A stretch of DNA of 64,000 bases from a virus: the IMG/VR virus record IMGVR_UViG_3300044951_001239, positions 1 to 64,000 of that record; one strand, written 5' to 3'. The notes beneath the pieces are model-generated. The model was not told where the DNA came from. It ran no database searches and saw only the letters and a program-made list of their open reading frames with translations. Positions 9,526-18,054 of the stretch are shown piece by piece (within the stretch, counting starts at the first letter, position 1; each line of letters starts with the position of its first letter). The position numbers and the translations under genes were made by a program.

Positions 9526-9900
9526 ATGGCACATTTCGCAAAACTTAATGAACATAACATTGTACAGGATGTACATTGTGTTCATAACAACGAATTGTTA
9601 GAAAATGGAGTTGAATCTGAGGAAAAAGGTATCAACTTCTTAATTACATGGAGCGGTGGACATACATATTGGAAACAAACATCTTATAATGGCAATTTTC
9701 GTAAAAACTATGCCGGGGTTGGTTATACATATGATAATCTACGCAATGCGTTTATTTCACCAAAACCACACGCAAGCTGGATTATGAATGAAGATAATTG
9801 TCAATGGACAGCTCCTACTACAATGCCCACTGATGGTAAACAATATCAATGGGATGAACCAACATTGGCTTGGATAGAAGTACTCAACAGTATACTATAA
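9526..9900 (+). CDS. Conserved phage protein typically adjacent to glycine-rich genes (possible fibre-assembly partner)
   Basis: MAHFAKL...WKQTSYNGNFRKNYAGVGYTYD...FISPKPHASW...W.AP..MP.DG..Y.WDE pattern; directly follows the array. Confidence 0.6.
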   Translation: MAHFAKLNEHNIVQDVHCVHNNELLENGVESEEKGINFLITWSGGHTYWKQTSYNGNFRKNYAGVGYTYDNLRNAFISPKPHASWIMNEDNCQWTAPTTMPTDGKQYQWDEPTLAWIEVLNSIL

Positions 9901-9902
9901 TT

Positions 9903-9930
9903 AAAAAAGGCACTCAGGGTGCCTCTTTTT
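9903..9930 (+). terminator. Rho-independent terminator, probably bidirectional
   Basis: AAAAA-AGGCAC-tcagg-GTGCCT-CTTTTT between convergent genes. Confidence 0.75.
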
Positions 9931-9982
9931 GTTTTCTTTCTGGTGAAATATGGTATCTATGCCGGGTTTCGCCTTTTACAAC

Positions 9983-10261
9983 CTAATCATCTGAATCATC
10001 ACGTTGGCAAATATCATCTGCTTCAGAATGAGTAATTACTTCATCTAACAACTCAGTGGTACTCCATCCGCTATTAGTGAGCGTTTGAATACATGACACA
10101 AACAAACTAAAAATTGTAGCGGTGTAATCAAACCCAAGTTGAACATTTTCTTTGGCATACAGTTGTTCTAAGGCATTAGCTGCTTCAGCACCGCATACAT
10201 CTAAATCAAAATGGTAAATCGTACCATCTGCTAATACTTCTACAATTTCTGTGTCTTTCAT
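9983..10261 (-). CDS. Hypothetical acidic protein
   Basis: 92-aa ORF with AAGGA RBS. Confidence 0.6.
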   Translation of the reverse strand: MKDTEIVEVLADGTIYHFDLDVCGAEAANALEQLYAKENVQLGFDYTATIFSLFVSCIQTLTNSGWSTTELLDEVITHSEADDICQRDDSDD

Positions 10262-10324
10262 TTTATTTCCTTAAGTTGATCATTACGAATCTTTTCATAT
10301 TGTCTTGAGTTCATTTCGTTTCCT

Positions 10325-11920
10325 TTAATTTACACTTGTCACCGGCATTATCCAAGTTCTTGTGCCACAATTCCAAATTCGTAAATAGCCAAGCTCATCC
10401 ATTATAACTTTCTCCGTTTTACTAGGATCATGCCCGGCCTTTACTAAAGTATGTTTTGCGAATTTGTATCTATGATATGATATTTTCTTGACAGGATCAT
10501 AGTACCAGTACCCGGCTTTATTATCCTTTTCCATGGTAAATCCTAATTTAACATACATAGCACCAATGCTGTATTGGTTGTCTGAGTAACTTACTATTTG
10601 GATTGGGGTGTGGTCTATTATGAACTTCTTCAATAGCTTGCTTGCTCCGCCCATCACTGAACTGCTAGTTGCATAGCGTACTAGTTCGTATGTTCCGATC
10701 CCTCTATCTTTTCCAATTCCGATTCTGTTTTTTGAAAAAGTCATTAAAGCGACAATAACATCGTTGTAAGTTAGTCCATAACAATACTGAGCTACACAAT
10801 ATCCCTGAACATGATTTTTATCTAAAAATTCCTTTGTTTCAGCCGGCTTCAATTGAATTATTTTTGTCTGCCGAGCACCAATCTTATCGGTCTGCTTCAA
10901 GTTGATTTGATTTTTGATCTTTTCTTTCCAAATAGCTTTCTTACTACTCCATGAGTTACCAAAAATAGTAAATAGAGTAATTCCATTTTCTTCACATTTT
11001 TTAAACTTGTCGTAATGATATGTGCTTGTTATGTGTGGAACTTTATCGTGGTGCCAATACTCACCGTTGTACTCTATAGCTAGATTAAAATCTGGCAAAA
11101 ATATATCAAGCTCTTTTCCTATTAGTTTTCTGGTATTAGTAACTATATTACTAATTCCCAATTCTTTTAAAAAATAAACAATTTCCTGTTCAAATGTTGA
11201 CTGGTATGGTACTCTAAATCCATGCGAAGTTAGATATCGGTATACTGTATGTACATGCACTTTGCATTTATCTGCAACTTGTTCCGGAGTATATCTAGGA
11301 TATAATAAGGTTAATTGATCTTTATCCTTAAGTAAATTTAAATTTGGATTTTGTTTGTCATCAGTTAGCGACCATGTATTCTTAACTCCATACTTCTGCA
11401 AACATGTTTCTTCACATTTCTTTCTGTTATTGAAGTTTGGATCACCGTGTTTATTTTGCTTGGTATCTTTTATCCTAGATGTAATAGCTGCAACTTTGTC
11501 GTGATCAGTGTAAAATAATGAGTGTGCAACTAATGCAGTCTCTGTTTGAGCATTGTTGGTTACACCGTATTTTTCTAATGTAGTTTTCTCCCTCTTTTGA
11601 TTTTCTTGATCAATCGCATCAGGTGTTCTTTTCGCTTTTGCGATCATAACCTTGTTACTAACAGATTCCCTTGCACATTCACATACCCCTGCCGGGCCGC
11701 AGAATCCAAACCCAATCGTGATGTTTTTAAACTTCATCTGACTACCAAACTTACAAATGCCTGTCTGCTGGGTAAGCGAACTATAGATATGGTCTGCCCA
11801 GTTTGAAGTGTCAGGTAATTTTGAATTTAGTTTAACCCAAGTTCGCATTATCTCAGATTTTTTAATCATTGCTGAGTAATGCTTTGGATACTTGTTAATT
11901 AGTTCTTTGATTTCGTTCAT
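10325..11920 (-). CDS. Homing-type endonuclease (Hef-like): N-terminal KYGV repeats, PD-(D/E)xK/Vsr-like nuclease and a C-terminal GNAT-like domain
   Basis: EKTTLEKYGV and ETCLQKYGV repeats; GKELDIFLPDFNLAIEYNGEYWH nuclease motif; YELVRYA...GGASKLL...VSYSD...Y..LGF at the C-terminus. Start placed at MNEIKE (11920), downstream of TAAATA at 11943-11948; the ORF track extends to 11962. Confidence 0.7.
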   Translation of the reverse strand: MNEIKELINKYPKHYSAMIKKSEIMRTWVKLNSKLPDTSNWADHIYSSLTQQTGICKFGSQMKFKNITIGFGFCGPAGVCECARESVSNKVMIAKAKRTPDAIDQENQKREKTTLEKYGVTNNAQTETALVAHSLFYTDHDKVAAITSRIKDTKQNKHGDPNFNNRKKCEETCLQKYGVKNTWSLTDDKQNPNLNLLKDKDQLTLLYPRYTPEQVADKCKVHVHTVYRYLTSHGFRVPYQSTFEQEIVYFLKELGISNIVTNTRKLIGKELDIFLPDFNLAIEYNGEYWHHDKVPHITSTYHYDKFKKCEENGITLFTIFGNSWSSKKAIWKEKIKNQINLKQTDKIGARQTKIIQLKPAETKEFLDKNHVQGYCVAQYCYGLTYNDVIVALMTFSKNRIGIGKDRGIGTYELVRYATSSSVMGGASKLLKKFIIDHTPIQIVSYSDNQYSIGAMYVKLGFTMEKDNKAGYWYYDPVKKISYHRYKFAKHTLVKAGHDPSKTEKVIMDELGYLRIWNCGTRTWIMPVTSVN

Positions 11921-11980
11921 GCTACTTTTGTACCTGTTCTCGTATTTAGCACTATACAACATTTCACTACTGTTAGATAC

Positions 11981-12006
11981 AAAAAAGGGCGCCGAAGCGC
12001 CCTTTT
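11981..12006 (-). terminator. Rho-independent terminator of the major capsid transcript
   Basis: Minus strand AAAAGGGCGC-TTCG-GCGCCCTTTTTT, a cUUCGg tetraloop as in T4 terminators. Confidence 0.92.
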
Positions 12007-12051
12007 GTTGCTTTGTATTACGGCAAGCAGTCGCCGTAATACACCTGAAAT

Positions 12052-13254
12052 TTATTGGAATGTAAGGTTAGAAACTGCAATTTCTCCAACATAATCGGCA
12101 GCATTGCCGAAACTTGAGGCAGTATTAGTAAGCTCTATGTAGCCATAACGAGTCATAAATGAAACCACTGGCTCGAATGTGCTAGGGTCAAGAACAACAC
12201 CAGAACTCATTAACGGGATGTAAGGGCAATAGAATGCCGCTGCATCTGTTTCTGAAGAACCTTTATAGCCAACCAATACAGGTTGTGTATCCGGTGCATA
12301 GCTATTTACGAACACACGCATAGCGCCATTCAATGTACCAACGAACTTAGTGTTTGTAGGTGCTTCAAATGTACCTTCTGTAGTACGAGCGAATGCTGAA
12401 GTAGTAGCAGACTGAAGAACAGTCAAGCTAGCTGGAGAGACCACAGCCCAATTACCAGCGCCACGACGAGTACGTTGAGCGATCAAGTTAGCGACACGAT
12501 TGATAAGAACAGCCAGAGCGGCGTGTTCGTCACCAACGAATGTAGCAGTACCAGACACAGTAGCTTGATTGTATGTGAACTCAGTAGTAGCCAGAGTAGC
12601 AAGAGACAAGAGAATTTCTTGGTCAATTTCAGCAGTAATTTCTTGTGCTAGTGCTGCCATGATTTCTGCTTCAACGTCGATCCCATGTTGAGATTGAGCG
12701 TCTTGAGCAGCTTCAAATGTCCAACGTGCTTGCAATTTACGTGACTTAGCTTCAACAGCTTGACGTAGAATCTGAACACTGATTTGACGACCGCCATTGC
12801 CTTCAAGAGCAGCAGTGTCATTACCGGTGTAGTAGCTAGTTGTGTCACCACCTGCACCACTTGGTTGGCGTGAATAAGCCTGAGCGATCAAGAATGGACT
12901 TAATGCTTCTTGACCAGCGACTACGCTAGTTTGAGCAGCACTATTGTCTGTTAATGACTGAGCATAACGAACACGTAGAGTGTGGATCTGACCAACTGGT
13001 CCTGTCATTGGCTGAACGCCTACCAATTCGTTAGCGATAACGGTTGGCATAACACGACGAATAACTGGAAGAATCACACGGTTTAGAGTAGCGATGTTAC
13101 CAGCTGTTGTTGTACCGGCTGAAGATTCAGCAAGTAGTTGCTTTTTAGTGTTTTCTAAGATAACACCCATTGTTGAACGGCGAGTTCCTTTTAGACCTTC
13201 TAACAGGGCTTCCTTGGTCTCGTTCCAACGGCCTTCTAATAATACTTTTGACAT
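12052..13254 (-). CDS. gp23: Major capsid protein (T4 gp23-like)
   Basis: LIRR/VIRRVMPTVIANELVGVQPMTGPVGQI, KSRKLQARWTFEAAQD, EITAEIDQEI, GYKGSSETDAAAFYCPYIPL and MTRYG motifs. Confidence 0.97.
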   Translation of the reverse strand: MSKVLLEGRWNETKEALLEGLKGTRRSTMGVILENTKKQLLAESSAGTTTAGNIATLNRVILPVIRRVMPTVIANELVGVQPMTGPVGQIHTLRVRYAQSLTDNSAAQTSVVAGQEALSPFLIAQAYSRQPSGAGGDTTSYYTGNDTAALEGNGGRQISVQILRQAVEAKSRKLQARWTFEAAQDAQSQHGIDVEAEIMAALAQEITAEIDQEILLSLATLATTEFTYNQATVSGTATFVGDEHAALAVLINRVANLIAQRTRRGAGNWAVVSPASLTVLQSATTSAFARTTEGTFEAPTNTKFVGTLNGAMRVFVNSYAPDTQPVLVGYKGSSETDAAAFYCPYIPLMSSGVVLDPSTFEPVVSFMTRYGYIELTNTASSFGNAADYVGEIAVSNLTFQ

Positions 13255-13280
13255 TTTATATTCTCCTAAATTATGTCTTT

Positions 13281-14381
13281 TTATAGCCCTGCCAGACGCT
13301 TGATATCAATAACGTTATCACGTTGATCCATATCTACTTCTTGTGTTTTGGCAGCTTTATCACCAGTAACTTCTTTAACACTTTCACGTAGAGTAGTCTT
13401 ATTAGACTTTCTTTCTGTTCCACTGTTTAAAACTGCTGGTAGATACTTGTCGAAAGTGTTTTGCAATTTTGGTGTTTGCACACTTTCTAGTAAGTCCTTC
13501 ATTACAGATGCTTTCTCTGCGTTTAACGGAGCAAGTAAATCGCTCATCATTTTTTCACGCTGATTAGACTCTTTAATAATACGAACTTCACGTTCTTTTG
13601 TCTCAATCAATTTTTTAGATTGACCAATTACTTTGATAGATTCAGCCAACTGTTGGTCTTTCAATTGTAGAGCATTCATAAGTTTACGTGTTTCAGCTTT
13701 ATCATTTAGATGAGTAACCGAGAACTCGCTTGCAAAACTTTCAAATATTCTACGTCCAAAATTGTTCTCACGAGCAACCTTGATATCTTCCTTCAATTGT
13801 CCTAATTCACCCTTAAGATGTGATGTTACAACAGTATTCAACCTTTTAGCAGATTCACTCACGAAACGTGACTTCAATCTTTCAAGTTGTTTACGACCTT
13901 CAGCAACTAACTTAACCTTAGCTTCAACCACAGCTTGTTTGTCTTGTGTGAATTCTTTAATTTCACGTGCCAAAGCATGAACAATAAATTGTTCAAGTTT
14001 AGATTGACTTTCCATTTGTAGTTTGCGTTCACTGCGTAATTCTTTAATTTCTTCAGCTAGTTTAGTAACCATGAAATTATTGAATTTAACTGCATTTTCA
14101 CGCAATTGTTGTTTAGCCTGTACGCGGTCTTCGTTCATTGATTGTCTTTCAGATTGAAATTCGGAAATTTCTTCTGAAAGACTTTCTGTAACCATTTTAT
14201 CTAGGGCTTCTACCATTACGATTCTGTCATGTTCATAACGTTGTGCGAATTCTTCACGTAATTCAACACGTACTTGCTCACGTGCCTCATGTAACTTAGA
14301 TTCCCAGGCTTCGTTTAGTTCACGGCCCACGTCCTCGTTGATAAGTCCACTTTCAAGTAATGGCTTGATAGCATCAAACAT
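13281..14381 (-). CDS. gp22: Prohead core/scaffold protein (gp22-like)
   Basis: Coiled-coil Glu/Lys-rich protein between the protease and MCP genes. Start MFDAIK follows an AAAGGGG RBS; the ORF track extends to 14414. Confidence 0.8.
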   Translation of the reverse strand: MFDAIKPLLESGLINEDVGRELNEAWESKLHEAREQVRVELREEFAQRYEHDRIVMVEALDKMVTESLSEEISEFQSERQSMNEDRVQAKQQLRENAVKFNNFMVTKLAEEIKELRSERKLQMESQSKLEQFIVHALAREIKEFTQDKQAVVEAKVKLVAEGRKQLERLKSRFVSESAKRLNTVVTSHLKGELGQLKEDIKVARENNFGRRIFESFASEFSVTHLNDKAETRKLMNALQLKDQQLAESIKVIGQSKKLIETKEREVRIIKESNQREKMMSDLLAPLNAEKASVMKDLLESVQTPKLQNTFDKYLPAVLNSGTERKSNKTTLRESVKEVTGDKAAKTQEVDMDQRDNVIDIKRLAGL

Positions 14382-14394
14382 TTCTGTTTCCCCT

Positions 14395-15030
14395 TTATTT
14401 AATTTTGAGATCATTGATGAGGCGCATTACTTCCCCTTTCAAGTATTTCTCCACTTTCTTGTTGCCTTGAGCATCTTTTGCAATATCCAACAATTTATGA
14501 CCATGACGCATATTCATCATACCTTCATAAATTGCCTTAGGATAAGCCTGAGGCGCACTTGGTTGTGCAACAATATCCACAGTGACTATTTCAAAGTCAC
14601 TTACTTTTCCGTTCATGTCGTCCACGTTACCGCTGCCACGACTTGAAACGCCGAGTTTGACACCACTCTCCAGCATAGTAGCAACTAGTTGCCCCATTGG
14701 AGTTGGTAATATCTTTAACTTTCCGAACCCGTTAGCGCCGTCCATCCACATGCTTGTAATCATATGTGATACACGATCTAGGTTGATTTTTAAGTCATCT
14801 GGGTGATCTACTTCACCTAATACTGAATGACCATCTGTAATCTGTTCGTTTAATGTTTGTACAGCGGATTCAATTTCGGAAACGGGGTAAATACGCTCGT
14901 TAGCGTTCTTTACCCCGCCCTGAATGAAAATTCCTTTCATATAAAGGTTTTTCTTATCGCCTTCACTTACACTTTCAACCACCATGCTAGCACGGTCAAA
15001 AGTTAAGTGCTCCTTGAGATACAAAGCCAT
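14395..15030 (-). CDS. gp21: Prohead protease (gp21-like)
   Basis: GIFIQGGVKNANERIYP, LGEVDHP, GVSSRGSG and DIVAQPSAP motifs. Confidence 0.95.
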   Translation of the reverse strand: MALYLKEHLTFDRASMVVESVSEGDKKNLYMKGIFIQGGVKNANERIYPVSEIESAVQTLNEQITDGHSVLGEVDHPDDLKINLDRVSHMITSMWMDGANGFGKLKILPTPMGQLVATMLESGVKLGVSSRGSGNVDDMNGKVSDFEIVTVDIVAQPSAPQAYPKAIYEGMMNMRHGHKLLDIAKDAQGNKKVEKYLKGEVMRLINDLKIK

Positions 15031-15043
15031 TCTCTCAGATTCC

Positions 15044-15883
15044 TTACTTAATAATACGCTTTACTGGCTTGCGTGATTCAGCTACAGGGCTTTTAGTGTT
15101 TGTACCGCTAGCTTGTGACTTTGATGGAGCCGGAGCCTTTTCTAAGTCAGCGTTGTTTTGTGCTGGAGCGTTTTTAAATGAACCAGCGCCTTTTACTTGT
15201 CCTTCGCCTTTTGAGTAGAAGTTACTAGCACCTTTAGGGCCTGTAGGAACTGCCTCACTAGCACCACTGAACTTAACTGGACGACTTGCCATTCCAGCTT
15301 GACCGCTGTTGGTTAAACTTGTGCTTTTTGTGTTTTGACCGTTATCACCGTGAGTTACAGAAACTTTCTTCAAAGTAATTGCTTCCATCATAGCTTCATC
15401 GTCATCACCCATAGCCATGTCGTCATCGCCCATATCCATGTCATCGCCGTCGCCCATATCCATGTCATCGCCGGCGCCCATATCGTCATCGGCCATATCA
15501 GCATCGCCATTGCCCATGATTTCTTCAAATTCAGCCATCAATTGGTCTAACTTATCTTCAATGCTTACTAGACGATCTTCTGTACCTTCAGCTTCATCAC
15601 CCATGTCATCATCGGCTTCGATATCAACGATATCGTCATCACCTTCGTCATCAAAGTCAATTTCTTCATCTTCTTCTTCAGTCATGCCTTCTTCTTCAGC
15701 AGAGATTTCGTCCATCATCTGACCTACTTGACCGCCCATGCCTTCATCCATTTCATCGGACATTATATCTTCATAGATTTCGCGGCTTTTTTCAACTACG
15801 ATATCGTGAAATAATGCACGAGCTTGTTCTTCATTCTCATTAATAATCAAATCAATAAGTTGTTCAAATTTTTTGTGGTCCAT
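15044..15883 (-). CDS. Highly acidic prohead core/internal protein
   Basis: Asp/Glu/Met-rich (DDMDMGDG repeats); lies in the head module between portal and protease; AGGAG RBS. Confidence 0.6.
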   Translation of the reverse strand: MDHKKFEQLIDLIINENEEQARALFHDIVVEKSREIYEDIMSDEMDEGMGGQVGQMMDEISAEEEGMTEEEDEEIDFDDEGDDDIVDIEADDDMGDEAEGTEDRLVSIEDKLDQLMAEFEEIMGNGDADMADDDMGAGDDMDMGDGDDMDMGDDDMAMGDDDEAMMEAITLKKVSVTHGDNGQNTKSTSLTNSGQAGMASRPVKFSGASEAVPTGPKGASNFYSKGEGQVKGAGSFKNAPAQNNADLEKAPAPSKSQASGTNTKSPVAESRKPVKRIIK

Positions 15884-15994
15884 TGTTTGTTTCTCCTAAG
15901 TAATGGCTTGTGTATTGTACTTATGCTATACATTTAAAAAATGCTTAATAAGATAGCATTTTTTGCATTATTAGGAGAGATAGAAAGTTTTACT

Positions 15995-16216
15995 CTATTG
16001 AGGTACGGCTTCTGGCTTTACACCATATTGTTCATGTACTTTTTTGATATATTTTGATTTTTCAAAATTCCTAACATCCAACATTTTTCTAAGTTTGCGA
16101 ATCTGTCTTAGTGTTAGTTTTGTTTTGCGGCTTTCTTTCCACTTTGGACTAGAGTTATCAGCAGCTAAATCTTGATAGCCTTCAACCGCAGGATTAAACA
16201 TTTCCATCAAAATCAT
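15995..16216 (-). CDS. Small basic head-module protein
   Basis: 73 aa, RKTKLTLRQIRKLRKM; sits between portal and core protein, where T4 has gp67/gp68. Confidence 0.6.
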   Translation of the reverse strand: MILMEMFNPAVEGYQDLAADNSSPKWKESRKTKLTLRQIRKLRKMLDVRNFEKSKYIKKVHEQYGVKPEAVPQ

Positions 16217-16242
16217 AATATTTCTCGCATATGTTATTTATC

Positions 16243-18033
16243 TTACATTCCAGTATCTGCTGGGGCAGGCTGTCCCCCAGGAGTGTTGCCTACAGGTCCC
16301 ACTACTTCCGGTCCAGTTGGTTGTTCGCCTTCTTCTGGGTTATTTTCAATTCCGTCAGCAGTTTCTAAATCACTTTCTATGCCGCCGGCGCTAACACCAA
16401 TATTACGCAAATCGCTACTTGATGCTTCAACCTCAGCATCTTTGCCGTTTTCTTCGCGCCACATCTTCTCGTTCTTGTTGATTTCTTCTTCACTTAATCC
16501 CAAGAATCGTTCTAGTGCAAAGCGTTTACTGATATAAGGAAATGCTTCCATACTAGCAAATGTACTTACCCGTGCGTTATCTAGTTCGCTTTGGCGATAA
16601 GCTGCAAAATTTTGAGGTGGATTAAATTCCAATGTAAATAACCCACTATCAATATTGAAACCTCTCCAACGCAAAAATAACTTGAATTCTTCATCTAACT
16701 TATGGCTCATGTACTTCTGTAGTCGTTCGCAATATTGATTGAAGCGGAACTCTTGGATCATTGCTGTTCCAACACGACCATCACTTAATGGTGTAGTATT
16801 ATCATCAGGACCAGTTGGTAAATATGAACTTGGTACACGCAAACCACGGGCTAATCTGTTATTGAAGTATTTCAAGTCATCAATTTCACCAAGATTTTGT
16901 CCACCTGGCAATACTTCAACACTACTTCCTCTGCCGTCTGCTGTTACTGGAAAGAAGTAATCCTCATTCATTGAAAGTGGCGAATAACTAGCATCAACGA
17001 TCGCTGATCCGCCATTGGTGCTAGGAATTCGTCTTTGATGAATCTCATTTTTAATACGCTCAACAAAAGCCATGGCCAAATGACTTGGCATATTTCCAAC
17101 GTCAATCTTAAACATTCTCCGTTCTGGTGCGCGTTGTACACGATAGATAAGAACCGCATCTTCTAGTAATTCTTTCTGCTTATAAACTTTGAAAATGTTC
17201 TCTAGTATTGATTGACCAAATGGCCAGAATCTATCTAATCCTTCAGTTAAACTCAAGTGAACAATGTGTTTAGCGTCAATTGCTGATTCACTTTGTCCTA
17301 ATGTAAAACGAGATCCAGTAGTATTGTAGGGCATACTTGGAACAGTATATCCACCACCGCCCCCGCCGCCTGAACCTCCACCTGTACCACCCAAGCCTGT
17401 TGCTGGATTGGCAGCAAAGTCTGAGTTAGTTTTCTGTGCTACAGTAAGATTCTGTAGATTTATATTAATGTCTTTGATAACATATTGTTCTGGCTTTTTG
17501 CCTTCGCTTTCATTAACAATAACTTTGATTACTTTAGTATTATCAATCCAGTATAGTTTGAAGTTTTCTGGATCTCGGACGAATACTTGATCTCCGTACT
17601 TGATTGTATTACGGAAGATTTTGAATGTTCTTGTTCCAAATTCGTTTAGTTTACACCATTGTTGTAATTGTTTCTTAAGCAATTCTACTTCGTGAGGAGT
17701 TGGATCTTCTGCAAATGCTAGATTGAATGGGGTATCATTGTGTTCGTTTTTCTGTGTACTGAATTCTGAAATGATATCTAAACAGGCGTTTATCTCGGCG
17801 TCAACATCCATCATTTCATATTGATTATAGCGTTCAATGCGATTTGGGTGACCTGTATATACTTCAGGGAGTCTACTCATGTAGTTTTTATAACCCATTT
17901 CGTGATTATTCCAACCGCCAGTAGATGAACCATTTTGTCCTGGACTACCATTCCAGGTGCCAGAGTTGCTATTTCCGCCACCAATGGGGCTAGAGATACC
18001 ACTTTTATTCGTAAAACGTTTTTTGTAGGTCAT
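16243..18033 (-). CDS. gp20: Portal vertex protein (gp20-like)
   Basis: LLEDAVLIYRVQRAPERRMFKIDVGNMP, EDYFFP, LPGGQNLGEIDDLKYF and LRVPSS motifs. Confidence 0.96.
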   Translation of the reverse strand: MTYKKRFTNKSGISSPIGGGNSNSGTWNGSPGQNGSSTGGWNNHEMGYKNYMSRLPEVYTGHPNRIERYNQYEMMDVDAEINACLDIISEFSTQKNEHNDTPFNLAFAEDPTPHEVELLKKQLQQWCKLNEFGTRTFKIFRNTIKYGDQVFVRDPENFKLYWIDNTKVIKVIVNESEGKKPEQYVIKDININLQNLTVAQKTNSDFAANPATGLGGTGGGSGGGGGGGYTVPSMPYNTTGSRFTLGQSESAIDAKHIVHLSLTEGLDRFWPFGQSILENIFKVYKQKELLEDAVLIYRVQRAPERRMFKIDVGNMPSHLAMAFVERIKNEIHQRRIPSTNGGSAIVDASYSPLSMNEDYFFPVTADGRGSSVEVLPGGQNLGEIDDLKYFNNRLARGLRVPSSYLPTGPDDNTTPLSDGRVGTAMIQEFRFNQYCERLQKYMSHKLDEEFKLFLRWRGFNIDSGLFTLEFNPPQNFAAYRQSELDNARVSTFASMEAFPYISKRFALERFLGLSEEEINKNEKMWREENGKDAEVEASSSDLRNIGVSAGGIESDLETADGIENNPEEGEQPTGPEVVGPVGNTPGGQPAPADTGM

Positions 18034-18045
18034 AATATTATCTAG

Positions 18046-18051
18046 TATTTA
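18046..18051 (-). promoter_or_regulatory. Late promoter upstream of the portal gene
   Basis: GCTAAATAC on the minus strand, 12 nt before the ATG. Confidence 0.65.
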
Positions 18052-18054
18052 GCG

